Positions 11,445-25,369 of a DNA stretch of 64,000 nt are shown here, in pieces. The position numbers were made by a program, and so were the translations under genes. The notes under the pieces were generated by a model. It made no database searches and had not been told where the DNA came from. It saw only the letters and a program-made list of their open reading frames with translations. The stretch comes from Felis catus (Eukaryota): NCBI RefSeq assembly GCF_018350175.1, contig NC_058368.1, positions 47,556,001 through 47,620,000 of the forward strand, given 5' to 3'. Within the stretch, counting starts at the first letter, position 1, and each line of letters starts with the position of its first letter.

Positions 11445-12018
11445 CAAATGGCCTTTGAACAACACAAGTTTGAACTACACAGATCCACTTATGTGCAGAT
11501 TTTTTTCAGTAAATATAGTCCAGTACTATTTAAATGTATTTTGTCTTTCTAATGATTTTCTTTTTTTTCTTTTTTAATATTTATTTACTTTGAGAGAGGG
11601 GGAGCAAGTAAGCATGCACGTGAGCAGAGGAGGGACAGAGAGGGAGGGAGAGAATCCCAACCAGGCTCTGCACTGTCAGCGTAGAGTCTGACGCAAGACT
11701 GAAACCCCTGAACCTGTGATATCGTGACCAGAGATGAAATCAAGGCAGATGGTTAACCCCATTGAGCCACCCAGGTGCCCCCTCATTTTTTTCTTAATAA
11801 CATTTGCTTTTCTCTAGCTTCATTGTAAGAATGCACTATAGAACACATACAACATACAGACTGTGCATGAGTCAACTGTTCATGTTATAGGTAAGGCTTC
11901 CAGTCAGTAGTAAGCAACTCCTTAAGTTTTGGGGGAGTCAAAAGTTACACACAGATTTTCAGTGGTATGGGGCAGTCAGCACCCCAAACCTCCACATTCA
12001 TTGTTCAGGGGTCAACCA
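11445..12018 (+). mobile_element. Tigger2a-type element, copy 2, with a SINE inserted at 11556-11782
   Basis: Degenerate TIRs caaatggcctttgaacaac...ttgttcaggggtcaacca+TA; body aligns with copy 1. Confidence 0.85.
11556..11782 (-). mobile_element. Can-SINE inside Tigger2a-type element
   Basis: Antisense head ccacccaggtgcccc. Confidence 0.9.
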
Positions 12019-12119
12019 TATATATCTTCCTTGTGAGAGCTCATCTATTCAAACTGTAACTTCAGGAAATGACCAACAGTGATTTTAAGATCAAACCATA
12101 CCATTTTTGTGTCTTGGAT

Positions 12120-13575
12120 TTCCAGCTAGCTCTGTACATTTTTATCTGAATGCCTTTCTGGAACTTCAAACTCAGTATTTTTGAAACAGACTCCGCTCCC
12201 TCCCAGATTCATTCCTCCCAAAACAAAAAATTGCTTCAACTGACTTCAGTTCCATAATTGTACCACCATTTTGAAGCCATTTCTGCCTGAACCTTTAGAA
12301 TAGTAGACCTTCCCCCTTGCTGCTCTGTGTAATCATTTGTCATTCTGCCCCCACTACATTTTACCCCTGTGGTATCTCTGAAATCCTCTTCCCTCCTGTT
12401 TGCCACTATACTGGATCGGCATCGGTGTCATGTTGAAATTGTGTACAGTAAACTCCTAATTGGTTGCTCCGTCTCTCCCCACTCAGTTAATCCTCTTGTC
12501 CAAACCTGTTCCTCCTCCCATAATTTTGCATTCTGACTAACATAATCATTTACCCAGGCACTTGAACTAGAAAACTGGTGATTCACAACTACTTTGTTTT
12601 CCCCTCACCCCACGCCATCTATTCAGCCAATGAATATTTATTGATAACTACCATGTGCCACTCACCATGGTGGATGCTAGTATATATTAGTAAGTAAACT
12701 GGAGATTGCCCTAGTGAGAGTCCATTTGAGGAAGACAAAAAAATAAACAGGCAGTTAGATACTAATTATTATTATGTTTTCATGATTGTTATGAACTAGA
12801 TAGATCATGTGAGGAAGAATAATGGACTGGGCAGGGTATACCATGAGAGGATAGTCAAGAAAGGCCTCTGACATTTAAGCTAAGCAAATGTCATATTATT
12901 TTCCTTTCTAAATATATCTACTCATTCCCCTCCTCTTAATCCCAGGTGCCAATGCTTTAGTTAAGTCTGTATTTTCCCTGCTTGAACTATTTATGATAGT
13001 CTCTGAACTGTCTCTGCTTTCAGGTTAGTCCTCTCTGTTTCATCACTCACTCTTCCAGAGTAATTGTTCTAAAACTGAGAACTCTGATCCTGTCATTCAA
13101 CAGGATGCCATCCAGACTGCACAGCTTAGCATTTAAAGTCATTCACAGACACCCTGCCTATCTTCTCAGACTCAGATCTTTTTTTTTTTATTCTCTTCCA
13201 CATGCTTAAGACAAATTGATCTCTTGTAGTTTTGTAAGTGTATGGTGCTTTCTCTCTTATCCCTTTATATGTGTCCTTTGCTAGGAATGGCCTTTTCCCT
13301 TGTTCATATATCATACTCCTCTATTAGGAAGATAGCCATTCATTTGATAAGATTGAACTCAGTGATCACATCTTCTGTGCAATCTTCAGAAACATTGTAG
13401 TCTCTTCTCTCAGTTTTCTAGCGTTATATTTTAGTTGTGTGTTTATTTACTAGTCTCTCCCTGTGAAGTATTTGGGGTTTTTTTTGAGGTTAGAGATTTT
13501 GTTCTTCCCCATCCTGTTTCTCTAGTAAAGCCTCTACACAGTGTCTTTGATAAGTAATTCACAATAAATGACTAT
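12120..13575 (+). mobile_element. L2 LINE fossil(s), with an opposite-orientation L2 3' piece at about 12615-12885
   Basis: L2-like motifs: cttcaaactcag...; atattttattgataactaccatgtgcca; 3' tail cacaataaatg. Confidence 0.55.
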
Positions 13576-13684
13576 CAATTGCAACTGATTAGAGTTTTCT
13601 GTATTCATTTTGACTTAAAATTGTCCATTGTGAAGGCAGTTTGAATGCTGGAAAGAATGTGCGGGGCTCTTCCTTATATTACTG

Positions 13685-13880
13685 CATTAGTGGTTCCCAA
13701 ATCTACAATCACCTACAGAATTTTTTTTTCTAGAAGACATAATTCCCTTGCCTCCCTAAGAGTCTTAGTAAATAAATACCCCTGTAGAGAGCGCCCAGGA
13801 ATTTATACTTCCTAGAAAGTTACCTGAATGATCCTGATGTATCCTTTCCTCGACTCTGAATGTTGAGGAAACACCACTGT
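13685..13880. mobile_element. MER5A-like hAT-Charlie MITE
   Basis: tagtggttcccaaa...cccaggaatttatactt...tgatcctgatgta...aaacaccactg. Confidence 0.55.
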
Positions 13881-13959
13881 GTAATAGTCTTTGAAAACAC
13901 TTTGTAAACTAAGTATTAATGAAATAGTAGTTATTACCATTTATCATTAAGACTAAAGC

Positions 13960-14490
13960 TTTAGTACCCTAAGGTATGAAAGAAGTTGAGGAAGTATTAG
14001 TTATCTTCTTCAAACACTTACCAGATTGAGTACCAGAAGTCTGGAAATAAGCAAATATCCTCACTCTGAATGGTTGAGGAGGAAAGATTTCAGAAACTAT
14101 TTACCAATAAACTTGAATTCACCATAAACATTCTCAAATAGATTTTTAAAAAGATAGCATTTAGAAAAGGAGATGGAGAAGCCACTGTTAGTTAACTGTT
14201 AAAGTCTTGACAAACTACTTTTACTTCTCTTGTTTTGAGGTATTTACTAGAACCTCTAGAGGAGAATGTCAGTGACAGAAGGTATTCTAATTTCAGCAAG
14301 ACACTTTATTAAGATGAAGAATATCTTGGTCAACATGTGGAAAAATGTGAAGTCAATGACACTGTAAAAAAATGATGAATTGAAAGCAGTTTAAATATGA
14401 GTTTCAAAGAATGTTGATTAGTAGATTAACCTAGAGGAACATTACTGATTAAATGCTTTCAGGCTTTTTACTTATTTTTTAACCAGTCAT
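13960..14490 (+). mobile_element. CR1/L3 LINE reverse-transcriptase-region fossil
   Basis: gtaccagaagtctgga..gcaaatatcc, ttagaaaagga, atttcagcaagaca, caaagaatgttgatta resemble CR1 RT-coding DNA (VPEDW..ANV, DFSKAF). Confidence 0.55.
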
Positions 14491-14928
14491 TGGTTAAATC
14501 AGATTGGTTAAACCTAGATTTCACACTGAGCCCAGTGGGTAAGTCTTTTCAAATTTTACATTTAAACACACCTTCATCCAGTTAATAAATTGAGCACCTT
14601 TGACCTGTCACATACCCATTTTGATGTCCCTCCTCCCTTTCCCAATGATTAACAGGTGAGTAAGTAAGTTGGCTAGTTTTGCAAAAAATTAAAGGCTAGG
14701 AAACTCAGACCTATGGTCTAAAGAGGAATTTGCTATTAAAGAAACTCAAAGGAACTCAAATGTTAAGCTAATGGAATACTTCTAAAATTGAAGATTTTGT
14801 AACAGCATTTTTGTGATATTCTGCAAGATGAAGGGGTCCCTCTTTTAGTTGAACTTACATTCCTATGGCAACAAGAAAGCACAGACCTTGTAACAAAAGA
14901 TATATGACAAAGCAAACAGCAGAAGAGC

Positions 14929-14931
14929 AAA

Positions 14932-14980
<49 letters not shown>

Positions 14981-15005
14981 ACACACACACATACATATAT
15001 ATATA
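14929..15005. repeat. Compound A(n)-(TA)n-(CA)n microsatellite
   Basis: Direct reading. Confidence 0.95.
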
Positions 15006-15207
15006 AATTATTAAGATGGCAGAAGACTGAATGTATGTTTTCTGACAATTATAAATGTGATGAAATGCTATTATAAAAAGAAATACAGTTTGGGTCAAAA
15101 ATCACATCCATAAGTGACTAAGGATGTTTAAAGATGAAAAAGATAAAAAGGGAAAAGTAACACAGTCTAAAACTTGGACAATAAATAATTTATTGAAAAT
15201 TGTTTTA

Positions 15208-15418
15208 GGGGCTCCTGGGTGGTTCAGTCAGTTAAGTGTCCAACTTCAGCTCAGGTCATGATCTAATGGTTCATGAGTTCGAGCCCCTTATTGGGTTCTG
15301 CTGACAGCTCAGAGCCTGGAACCTGCTTTGGATTCTGGTCTCCCTCTCTCTCTGTGCCCCTGCCCTGCTTGCTCTGTCTGTCTGTCTCTCAAAAATAATA
15401 AACATTTAAAAAAATTAC
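15208..15418 (+). mobile_element. Can-SINE
   Basis: TSD attgtttta. Confidence 0.9.
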
Positions 15419-15567
15419 AAACATTGTTTTAAAATAAGAATTCAGGATCTTGAGAATGTATACACAATGAATATACTGGTTGTTTGCCAGTTTGGGTTAT
15501 ATGTCCATGCCCAGACGACTCAATTGTTACCAGGGGTGATGGTCACGTTTTAAAAACACAATGTGTA

Positions 15568-15795
15568 GGGGCGCCTGGGTGGCTCGGTTGGTTAAGCATC
15601 CTACTTCAGCTCAGGTCATGATCTCACCTTTCGTTGGTTCAAGCCCCGTGTCTGTGCTGACAACTCAGAGCCTGGAGCCTGCTTCGGGTCTGTGTCTTCT
15701 ATCTCTCTGCCCCTGCCCCTGCCCCTGCTCATGCTCTGTGTCTCTCTCTCAAAAATAAACGTTAAAAATTATTTTAATTAAATAAAAAAAAAAAA
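15568..15795 (+). mobile_element. Can-SINE
   Basis: TSD cacaatgtgtagg. Confidence 0.9.
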
Positions 15796-17273
15796 CCCAC
15801 AATGTGTAGGAATAGTTTCTAGATAAAATTCCTAGGTAAAAGGGTGCCGAACAGATACTATAATGAATTATAATAGAAATCAATAAATAGTTGATGAAAT
15901 AAAGAAACAAAGCTCAGAAAATTTTTAAAAAGTCCATAAGCACTTTTTCACTGAATCCATCTTAAGGCCACAGTAAAGTTACAAACAGAGATATATTTAA
16001 GTGTTCAGCACATTAACTGGCTTAAAGAGAATGTTGGTAGTAAAACCAAGATTTCAAGTTCATTCATCTTCTAGACCTTTGGCAGTGTGGCAAAGTAGAA
16101 GGACTAGTGAGTTTCGTGGCCTTTTCTGAGTCTAGCCAGCTGCCTCATATATGTGTAAAAAGTGGAGAGAGTAGATACAATCAGTACAAATATGTAAGTA
16201 CTGCTACAAAAAGAACTCAAGTACATGCCCTCCTGGTGACTTATCAGTAACATCATGTTTGCAAATGAAGGAAAGCACATTATTATATGTTTACACGATT
16301 TTTAGGATACTTTCTTAGAAGTCTAGAGTCAGAGTTGGTCATTATGTATGTGAATTGAACCAGAGAGAGTGTGTATATACGTTTATATAGCCCCCCCCCT
16401 TTTTTTTTGTAGGCTGTTGCTCTGTTGCTTTGGGGGAAATATTCATAGATTTACATTTGGTAAATATATCCATGTCCAAAAAAAGATATGTATAAAAATT
16501 GGAATGCCAGCTAACTAAATCAACTCATAAAAACTTCAGTTAAAAGTAAGATATTTTCCACGATTATTTTAAAATATGATGTTTACTGGAAGGAAAGTCC
16601 AGAAAATTACCACAGATGAAGTGTGAGTATATTTCTCCCACTTGTAAATGAGCTCTTATTTCCTACAGTGTATATTCTGGTCCACAATGAGTCATTTTCA
16701 ACATGTTTCAGTTTAACTCCTAATACATTTTTAAACTTGGCAGGCATATTTAGATGAACATTACTTCCAGTTTTAGAGACTGCTTCTAAATTATACTTCA
16801 GTATTGCAGTCATCATGAAAAGTTCTTTCAGTAAAAAGGAAACAGGATTGATTGGAAGTGTGTGTTTTAGAGGAGCAAAAGAATGGTTACCACTGAATAA
16901 AAGTCAGATAGTTAAGCTTTTAAAAATTTTGTTACTATATAAACTTCTTTTAACATTACCTAAAACAGTTGTAGTTCGAAAGCCTTTTTATGGATAGATG
17001 ATACTTAAAAGAAGAAAAGATAACATTTATCCCAGACAATAAAGTTAATATGTATTAATCTCTTACTATACCTAGCACTATTTTAGTGTTTTATATGTAT
17101 TAACTTTTTTAATGCCCACATAATAAGTATTATTTATTTTCTATAAATCATTCAGGTTTTTTCTATTATAATACATGGAGCTTGGCACATTTTTGGCCAT
17201 ATAACTAACTAGAGTTGCATGACTGCTTCTAAAAGCTAATTACTTCTTAGAGAAATTTACATATTGCCAACTC

Positions 17274-17489
17274 TTTTTTTTTTTTTTTTCTTATTTTAGA
17301 AAGAGAGACAGAGACAGATTGTGAGTGGGGGAGAGGCAAAGAGAAAGGGAGACACAGAATCTGAAGCAGGCCTCAGGCTCTGAGCTGTCAGCACAGAGCC
17401 CGACGCGGGGCCTGAACTCAAAAACTGCGAGATCATGACCTGAGCCAAAGTCAGATGCTTAACCAACTACTGAGTCACCCAGGCACCCC
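17274..17489 (-). mobile_element. Can-SINE
   Basis: TSD tattgccaactctt. Confidence 0.9.
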
Positions 17490-17605
17490 ACATATTATTG
17501 CCAACTCTTGATAAGTATTTGTGCAATCCTGTGAATCTTCTGACAGATTTCAGTTGACCAACCTGTCTGTTGTTACTATTTTAATATCCTTTTTTTCTAT
17601 TACGA

Positions 17606-17815
17606 TTTTTTATAATTTTTTTAATGTTAATTTTTGAGAGAGAGAGTGAGCGAGTGCACGGGAGAGGCAGAGGGAGAGGGACATACAGAATCTGAAGCAA
17701 GCTCCAGGCTCTGAGCTGTCAGCACAGCCCAACACAGAGGTCAAACTCACAAGCCATGAGATCATGACCTGAGCCAAAGTCAGACGCTTAACCGACTGAA
17801 CCTTCCAGGCACCCC
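17606..17815 (-). mobile_element. Can-SINE
   Basis: Degenerate TSD ctRttacRattttt. Confidence 0.9.
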
Positions 17816-17967
17816 ACTGTTACAATTTTTATACTGTGCCTTATTACTTTTAACACTTCGAAAGTTCCCAAAAGTTTAGAGTTGGGAAAAACTTTGAGAT
17901 CATTGAAAACATTCAACTCATTTTGAAAATGAGGTAACAAATCTAAAGAGGTTATACAACTTCTTCA

Positions 17968-18319
17968 GATAGGTGTCTGCAGGGCCATACACCCTCCAGA
18001 AACTCTAGGAGCAATCTGTTCCTTACTTCTTCCATCTTCTGGAGGGCTCCAGGAGTTCCTGGACTTCCTTGGCTTGTGGCCATCTCACTCCAGTCTCTGC
18101 CTCTGTCTTTACGTTACCTTCTCCTCTGTATGTCTTATAAGGATGCACATAATTGCATGTAGGGGCCACCCAAATAATCCAAGACAGGGTCTTCCTCTCA
18201 AGATGCTTAATTTAATCACATCTACAAGGACTCTTTTTTCAAATAACAATATTCACGGTTCTACAGACTGGTACATGGACATGTATCTTGGAAAAGGGCT
18301 ACCATTCAAACCACTGCAC
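17968..18319 (-). mobile_element. MLT1 (ERVL-MaLR, MLT1C-like) LTR fragment
   Basis: ggtgtctgcagggcc..ccttggcttgtggcc..tcttataagga..aatcacatctacaaggac..accattcaaaccactgca. Confidence 0.8.
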
Positions 18320-20559
18320 TAAAAAATTGACTTTTAAGTCACTTGAATTAGTATTTATTCAGGTTCTTCAATAGGAGTAACATTTTATTTTTACGTTTTC
18401 CAACCAGAATTTTATAAGGTGTCACCTAATTTTAGGAGTTGTTAAAATGCTATAAAGTTGGTTTGCTTTTTTAACTTTCCAACATGGCATTAAGCAAATT
18501 ATCAGCTCTTGAACAAATAGCACCTTAAAGATTCCAGATGCTGTACCGTATGATCTATGACTTATAAATGAAAAGTCATCCTACATGATTTTTAGTAAGA
18601 TTTTTTAAGAACATCATGGCAGTGACATTAAGTGTTAAAGAAACAGTGCTGGACATTTTTAAGACACAGCATAAAAATATAGCTTTAAGGTAAGCTATAT
18701 TAACTCCATTTAGACTTTTAATGGCTTTTTTTTGTATAGCAATTAAATTTTGCTCTACTGTATTTGAGATTCATTAAATAAGACCTTGGATGCTTCAATA
18801 ATATAATGACTATTTTATATTTTATTTTTGTTCTACTTACTTTTTTCATTTGGCAAACTCTTAGCCCTTCCTGGTTTTAGTAAATGTTTGTGTGTAACTT
18901 GTGTATTTCTGTGGTATATGCCAGAAATGTGATCATTTGGTTTCTTTTTCCATAGAAATCATTCTACTAGCTGTGAAGATATTCTGAATTCCTTTTCGCC
19001 ATTAAAGTGTATTACTGTAAAAGAAAGAAGAAACAAAAACTATATATTATATAATTCTGTGCTTTATACAATTAAATGAGATTTAATATGCAATTTTAAG
19101 TTCTCAATAAGTGTTAGCTATTATTTACTATCATCATCCGGTTGATTTTTAAAGCAAGACGTGTCTGTGTTCTCTTTCAGCATCATAAAGGTAAAGGGTT
19201 AGGGGCAGACTATGACCACCAGATCTGGTAAAACTATTTCATGCAGATGGATAAACTTCACTATTACAAAGCTCTCTGAAGGAGGTCCCTTTCTTCAACT
19301 TACTATTTAATTATTAATAATTTATGCTATTGAGATTTCCCTTGCATTTTTGTAAGTTTAAAAAATATATATCCCATGTTTTTTTAAATGAATTTTTAAA
19401 CTGAAAGCCAATATTTTTTTCCTTTTTAAAATGAAAAGTCTATATATTTGTAAAAAGTAGGAAATGAATTAATGCGTCTTTAAACAGCAAAACTTAACTG
19501 ACATCCACTTATCTATTTTTAGAACTCAGATATTTTCTTTTAATTCACTGGGACCCCAAATGTGAATTTCTATTAGGTAGATTATCCATAGGTACTCCAG
19601 ACATTCTGATGCCTATCATTTCTAAAATTCTTTTTGTCCAATGATGGGAAATGACCAAAAGGGTACATCTCCCTGCCTCCAGGCCAAGAGCGCACCCAGA
19701 TCATTCTAATCAGATAGGCTGTTCATATGTAAACCTGTAAAGGAACTCATGTACCTATAAATGACAATAAAATGTCAGCTTTGAAACAGGTTTTTAAAGT
19801 AGTTTACAGGAAAATCAAGGTATGGTTTATGAGAATGGAATGTTCTGTATGCTTGTGCCACAAACATGTCTAATCATATTCATTTGTCATCTTTTGCCAT
19901 TGGTTAAACTGTGCATTTGATCCAGAAGTAAGTCAACAGATGTTTAAATGAGAAATATGTGTTGTGAAATTCAATCATTTGTATATAGTAAACAGGTTGT
20001 GTTAGCCCAAAGTTATAGCATTTGTAAAATGTATTAGATTCTTTAACTAAAGCACTGATCTCTAATTTTTTTTAATGAAAACTATGAACTCAGTGCTTCT
20101 AAAGGAAAATAATTTGTTAGCCAGTTTTCCAGGTCTCTAGCTGCTTTATACTTCCACTTGGTAGTCAGTATAGCCAATGATGCCTCTTTTCATTATAGAA
20201 ACTACCCCTTCCCATCACTACAATAGTCCCCTTAAATATTAAGTATTCCACTTATAAGAAATTTGTAAGCTCTGATTGGGTTTCTCTGCAGGCTTATGTT
20301 ATGTACCCGTTTTCATCTCACAAATTTTAGACAGTATTACATTTACAAATTATAAGTTATACCAAGGTTTAGCTAAAGTTTATGTCTCCTTAGCCAAACA
20401 TATTTCTTTGGTGATAGAGAGGACTAGAGTGGCGTTGAATTAAATGACTCAAGCTTTTCATGAACTTCAAGTAAAAAGAATAGCAGTAGTACTTCTTGGG
20501 GTTCATTTGGATAGGACTGTGGAAAAGATACCTAACTTTTTTTTTCCTTTTTATGAATT

Positions 20560-20687
20560 TTTATTTTTATTTATTTATTTTTAAGATGTTAATTTTAAGT
20601 AATTTTTACACCCAGTGTGGGGGGTCAAACTCACAATCCCACGATCAAGAGTTGCATGCTCCACCAACTGGGCCAGCCAGGTGACCC
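20560..20687 (-). mobile_element. Short/old Can-SINE without a (CT)n block
   Basis: TSD tatgaatttttattttt. Confidence 0.85.
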
Positions 20688-21196
20688 TATGAATTTTTAT
20701 TTTTTTTAATTATGGTTTAATTTTATAAATAATTATGAATTTTTAACTTTAGATATCATCTGAAAAATGTTATAGATTTATACCTACAAAATTATACATG
20801 AAGTAAAATTCCATATAGGTAGGTTCATTTTCCTTTACCGTTTTATAACTGAACCTAATTAATTGCCATGACTGACTCTTCCCTGTGAGAATTGACTCTC
20901 TGTAGCTCAGTTCTATGAATGATTCCCTGCTTTCTGTAATTCATTAATGTGTGGATGAATCTAAGGTTTCCTTCTTGTCAGTTCCAAACGTGTAACATTG
21001 CTTGCCTTATTTCATTTTATTATAAATGAGAACCAACATTATGAACTCTGTACTTTATAAAATACATCAGAAAGCAAAAGAGATTTCAGAGATTATAGAG
21101 AAAAATGTGTGTTCTGTTCACATTTCTCCTTGATGGAGGGTTGACTATGATAAGAGTAATAGGAACTAAAATACCTCTCTAAATTTTCTCTGTGGT

Positions 21197-22285
21197 GTTT
21201 GTATGGAACCAAAAAAGATCCCAGATAGCCAAAGTAATGTTGAAAAAGAAAACTAACACTGGAGGTGTCACAATTCCAGACTTCAAGCTGTATTACAAAG
21301 CTGTAATCATCAAGACAGTATGATACTGGCATAAAAACAGACCCACAGATCAAAGGAACAGAATAGAGAACCCAGAAATGGACCCACAAATATATGGCCA
21401 ACTAATCTTTGACAAAGCAGGAAAGAATATCCAATGGAAAAAAGACAGTCTCTTCAGCAAATGGTATGAACCTGGACCACTTTCTTAGACCATACACAAA
21501 AATAAATTCAAAATGGATGAAAAACCTAAATATAAGACAAGAAGCCATCAAAATCCTAGAGGAGAAAACAGGCAACAACCTCTTTGACCTCAGCTGCAGC
21601 AACTTCTTTCTTGACATGTCTCCAGAGGCAAGGGAATTAAAAGCAAAAATGAACTATTGGGACCTCATCAATATAAAAAGCTTCTGCACAGGAAACAGTC
21701 AGCAAAACTAGAAGGCAACCGACAGAATGGGAGAAGATATTTGCAAATGACATATCAGATAAAGGGTTAATATCCAAAATCTATAAAGAACTTACCAGAC
21801 TCAATATCCAAAAAAACAAATAATCGAGTGAAGACATGGGCAAAAGGCATGAATAGACACTTTTCCAAAGAAGACATCTAGATGGCTAACAGACACATGA
21901 AAAGATGCTCAACATCACTTATTGTCAGGGAAATACACATCAAAACCACAATGAGATACCACATCACACCTGTCAGAATGGCTAAAATTAACAACTCAGG
22001 CAACAACAGATGTTGGGGAGGATGTGGAGAAAGGGGACCCTTTTGCACAGCTGGTGGGAATGCCAACTGGTGCAGCCACTTTGGAAAATGGTATGGAGGT
22101 TCCTCAAAAAATTAAAAATAGAACTACCCTACGACCCAACAATTGCACTACTATGTATTTATCCAAAGGATACAGGAGTGTTGTTTCAAAGGGATACATG
22201 CATCCCAATGTTTATAGCGGCACTATCAACAATAGCCAAAATATGGAAAGAGCCCAATGTCCATCAGCTGATGAATGGATAAAGA

Positions 22286-22349
<64 letters not shown>

Positions 22350-23018
22350 GGAATGAAATATTAACTGGCCATCAAAAAGAATGAAATCTTGCCATTTGCA
22401 ACAACGTGGATAGAACTAGAGTGTATTCTAAGTGAAATAAGTCAGTCAAAGAAAGACAAATATATAATTTCACTCCTATGTGGAATTTAGGAAACAAAAC
22501 AGATGAATGTAGGGGAAGCGAAGCAAAAATAAGATAAAAACAGAGAGGGAGTGGAGTGCCTGGATGGCTCAATCGGTTGAGCCTCCAACTTCGGCTCAGA
22601 TCATGATCGCACAGCTCGTGAGTTCAAGCCCCGAGATGGGCTCTGTGCTGACAGCTCAGAGCTGGAGCCTCCTTCAGATTCTGTCTCTCCCTCTCGCTCT
22701 CCCTCTCCCCTACTTGCACTCTGTCTCCCTCTCTCTCAAAAATAAATAAACATTAAAAAAAAAAAAACAACATAAAGGGAGACAAACCAAAGGAGACTCT
22801 TAGGTCTCCTATGTTCAGAGAACAAACTGAGGGTTGCTGGAGAGGTTTTGGGTGGGGGGATGGGCTAAATGGTCGATGGGCATTTTAAGAAGGGTACTTC
22901 TTGGGATAAGTACTGGGTGTTATAATTAAGTGTTGAATCACTAAATTTTATTCCTGAAATCATTACACCATATGTAAACTAACTTGGATTTAAGTTTTAA
23001 AAAAAAATTTTTTTAAAT
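21197..23018 (+). mobile_element. 5'-truncated carnivore L1 (ORF2 C-terminal part + 3' UTR), containing (TA)n at about 22288-22342 and a SINE at 22553
   Basis: ORFs 21409, 21882 and 22010 match the L1 ORF2 C-terminus ([37 protein letters not shown]). Possible TSD taaattttc. Confidence 0.93.
22553..22766 (+). mobile_element. Can-SINE in L1 3' UTR
   Basis: Head, CT-rich block, A tail. Confidence 0.9.
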
Positions 23019-23152
23019 AAATTTTCCTTAAAGTTAGGTCAATATTCATTGAATCCTTGTGCATGACGCTGTAGAAGAATAAAAAAATTGAAATGTGATT
23101 TCTCTTTCCAAATAGCTGAAAGAATAAACATGTATACATATTTATATTTTAA

Positions 23153-23374
23153 CATTTATTTTTTTTTCAACGTTTATTTATTTTTGGGACAGAGAGAGAC
23201 AGAGCATGAATGGGGGAGGGGCAGAGAGAGAGAGAGGGAGACACAGAATCGGAAACAGGCTCCAGGCTCTGAGCCATCAGCCCAGAGCCCGACGCGGGGC
23301 TCGAACTCACGGACCGCGAGATCGTGACCTGGCTGAAGTCGGACGCTTAACCGACTGCGCCACCCAGGCGCCCT
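23153..23374 (-). mobile_element. Young felid SINEC_Fc-type SINE
   Basis: CpG-intact, with the ggcgcagtcgg/cagccaggtcacg variant; perfect TSD catatttatattttaa. Confidence 0.92.
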
Positions 23375-23517
23375 CATATTTATATTTTAAAGCAAAATGC
23401 TGTATATCTTAAGGTGTCCATATTGGACTATGAACGTATCCATGTTAAGGAAGTATCAGGAATGACCGTTTAAAGGAGATGGTATACGATACAAGCAATT
23501 AATGTATGAATTTTAAC

Positions 23518-23640
23518 TTTTTTTTTTGGTTGAAGTATAATTAGCACACAGTGGTATATTAGTTTCAGGTAATTCTACATATTACTCAGTGCTCATTACG
23601 AGAAGTGTACTCTGAATCCTCTTTATCTTTTTCACCCATT
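23518..23640 (-). mobile_element. Short L1 3'-end fragment
   Basis: T-run + gaagtataatt..atattagtttcaggt, typical antisense L1 3' terminus. Confidence 0.6.
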
Positions 23641-24574
23641 TGATATGTAGATCTGAGAGAAAGACATTCCAAAGCTTTGTAAACCTATATACGGGAGGCA
23701 AAAAGAAAAAAATAAAGGATTGTCAGGAAACAACAGATAATTCAGTCACCTGATTTGGAGTGTTCAAGTAGGTAGGCGTAGTTTCATATTTTGGTAGGCC
23801 TAGAATGTCAGGAAAAAAGAGTTATAGTTACTCCAGTGAGAAATGAGGGGTGACATGACAAAAATCATGTCAAAAATCACATTTAGAGTTAACTTGACAG
23901 TAATATTTGATATATATTCAGGGTAGTCCAAGATACCCCGAACAGTAGTTCCTAAAGTCTAGACGAGAGGCAACAATGGCCTCCATTAGTATGATGGCAT
24001 AAAGAGTAGATGGGAAACTTGGTTTTAGAAATGTAACTGGAGGATGATGAATGATGGAGCTTTTTCTACCCTTCTCTCTACTCACGCATAGAGAAGAAAT
24101 ATCTGATAATGTCTGGACCACATTCTAAGACACAGTTTGGGCCACATTTCTAATTGGGTGGTCTCTAGCTAAAAGGTCACAATCTTGAGTCCAGCTTCCT
24201 GTGACTGAACAAAGCAGAAGGTTGGGCTCACTTGCACCTCTTTTCCATCTTCTGCAATATATATATACTCTAATGTATCCTCTAGGGGCCCACCCAGTGT
24301 TAAGATGGGATTGGGGTTTAGTGGGCTATCTTAAACCTATCACATTCTCTATCCCTGTCTACCAGAAACCTCTGAATTGGGGTTTTACTATAAGTTCAGC
24401 TATTAACATAGTCTTATTTCCCATTTGCTATTCCCTCTGTACCTGTGTTTTCAAGAACATCTTGGTGAGAGATGCTTATTTTAATGAAGCATTGGGCATT
24501 TCTTGGATTTTCCCAGATATCATCCAATAGCACTCAATCCCACTATCATCACAAACAAGTAGATCCTATAGTCT

Positions 24575-24830
24575 GCATGCATTAGAGGCGATATAGTTAA
24601 ATATATATATTAAGATTACTTTTTCTGGAGATAAATTGCCTAGGTTATGATACTGGGCATATTGTTACCAGGTGCTTGACTTTGAGAAAGTTTTTTAGCC
24701 TCTCTGTGTCTCAGTTTTGTCATGTATAAAATAAAGAAAATAATAGTAACATATAACATATAATTGTGAGGATTAAATGCGTGTTTGACATAATATTTGT
24801 CACATAAACATTACTAAATACTAGCTATTG
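24575..24830 (+). mobile_element. MIR SINE fossil
   Basis: cctctctgtgtctcagttttgtcatgtataaaat..ttgtgaggattaaatg (MIR core). Confidence 0.7.
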
Positions 24831-25369
24831 TGGTTATTACTAGATTTGGTAACTGACTAGACTTAAGTGTGTCTTTGGAGAGTTTACCGAATTTACTGAA
24901 TAGTTGAGATAACAACTTAAAAGAAGAATCATTTCTTCTTCAGAAAGCACAAGTGATTCATGGGTGAGTGAAGGTTATGATTTTGATTTAGGACTTGAAG
25001 TTCTAGGCACCTTTCATGTATAAAAATACAGTAGATAAATGGGAATAAAGATCTCAAGCCTAGAGGATGATTTCAGCCTAGAGATAAAGATTTGGGATAT
25101 GTCGACATTGCTAAAACTTACAGTAAGAACTCTGAAATTTGGGAAGGGATTTAATAAGTACTGAATAGTTGCTGTGGGGCAGATACTGTGCTAAATGTTT
25201 TGAGGGTTTTATTCCTTCTTTGAGTAATTTTATTCTCAATTTTATTTCTCACAAATGCTGTTTTTATAAAGGAGGAAATGAAGGCTGAAGGGAGTTTTCT
25301 TAAAATGTCTTAGCTGGAATCTACAAACCAGTGACTTCAGAAGATTGCAGGATATGGGGTCATTATTGA

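Noticed and set aside
24201..24530. 109-aa ORF
   Set aside because: GTG start, no recognisable homology, and it lies among L2/MIR debris.
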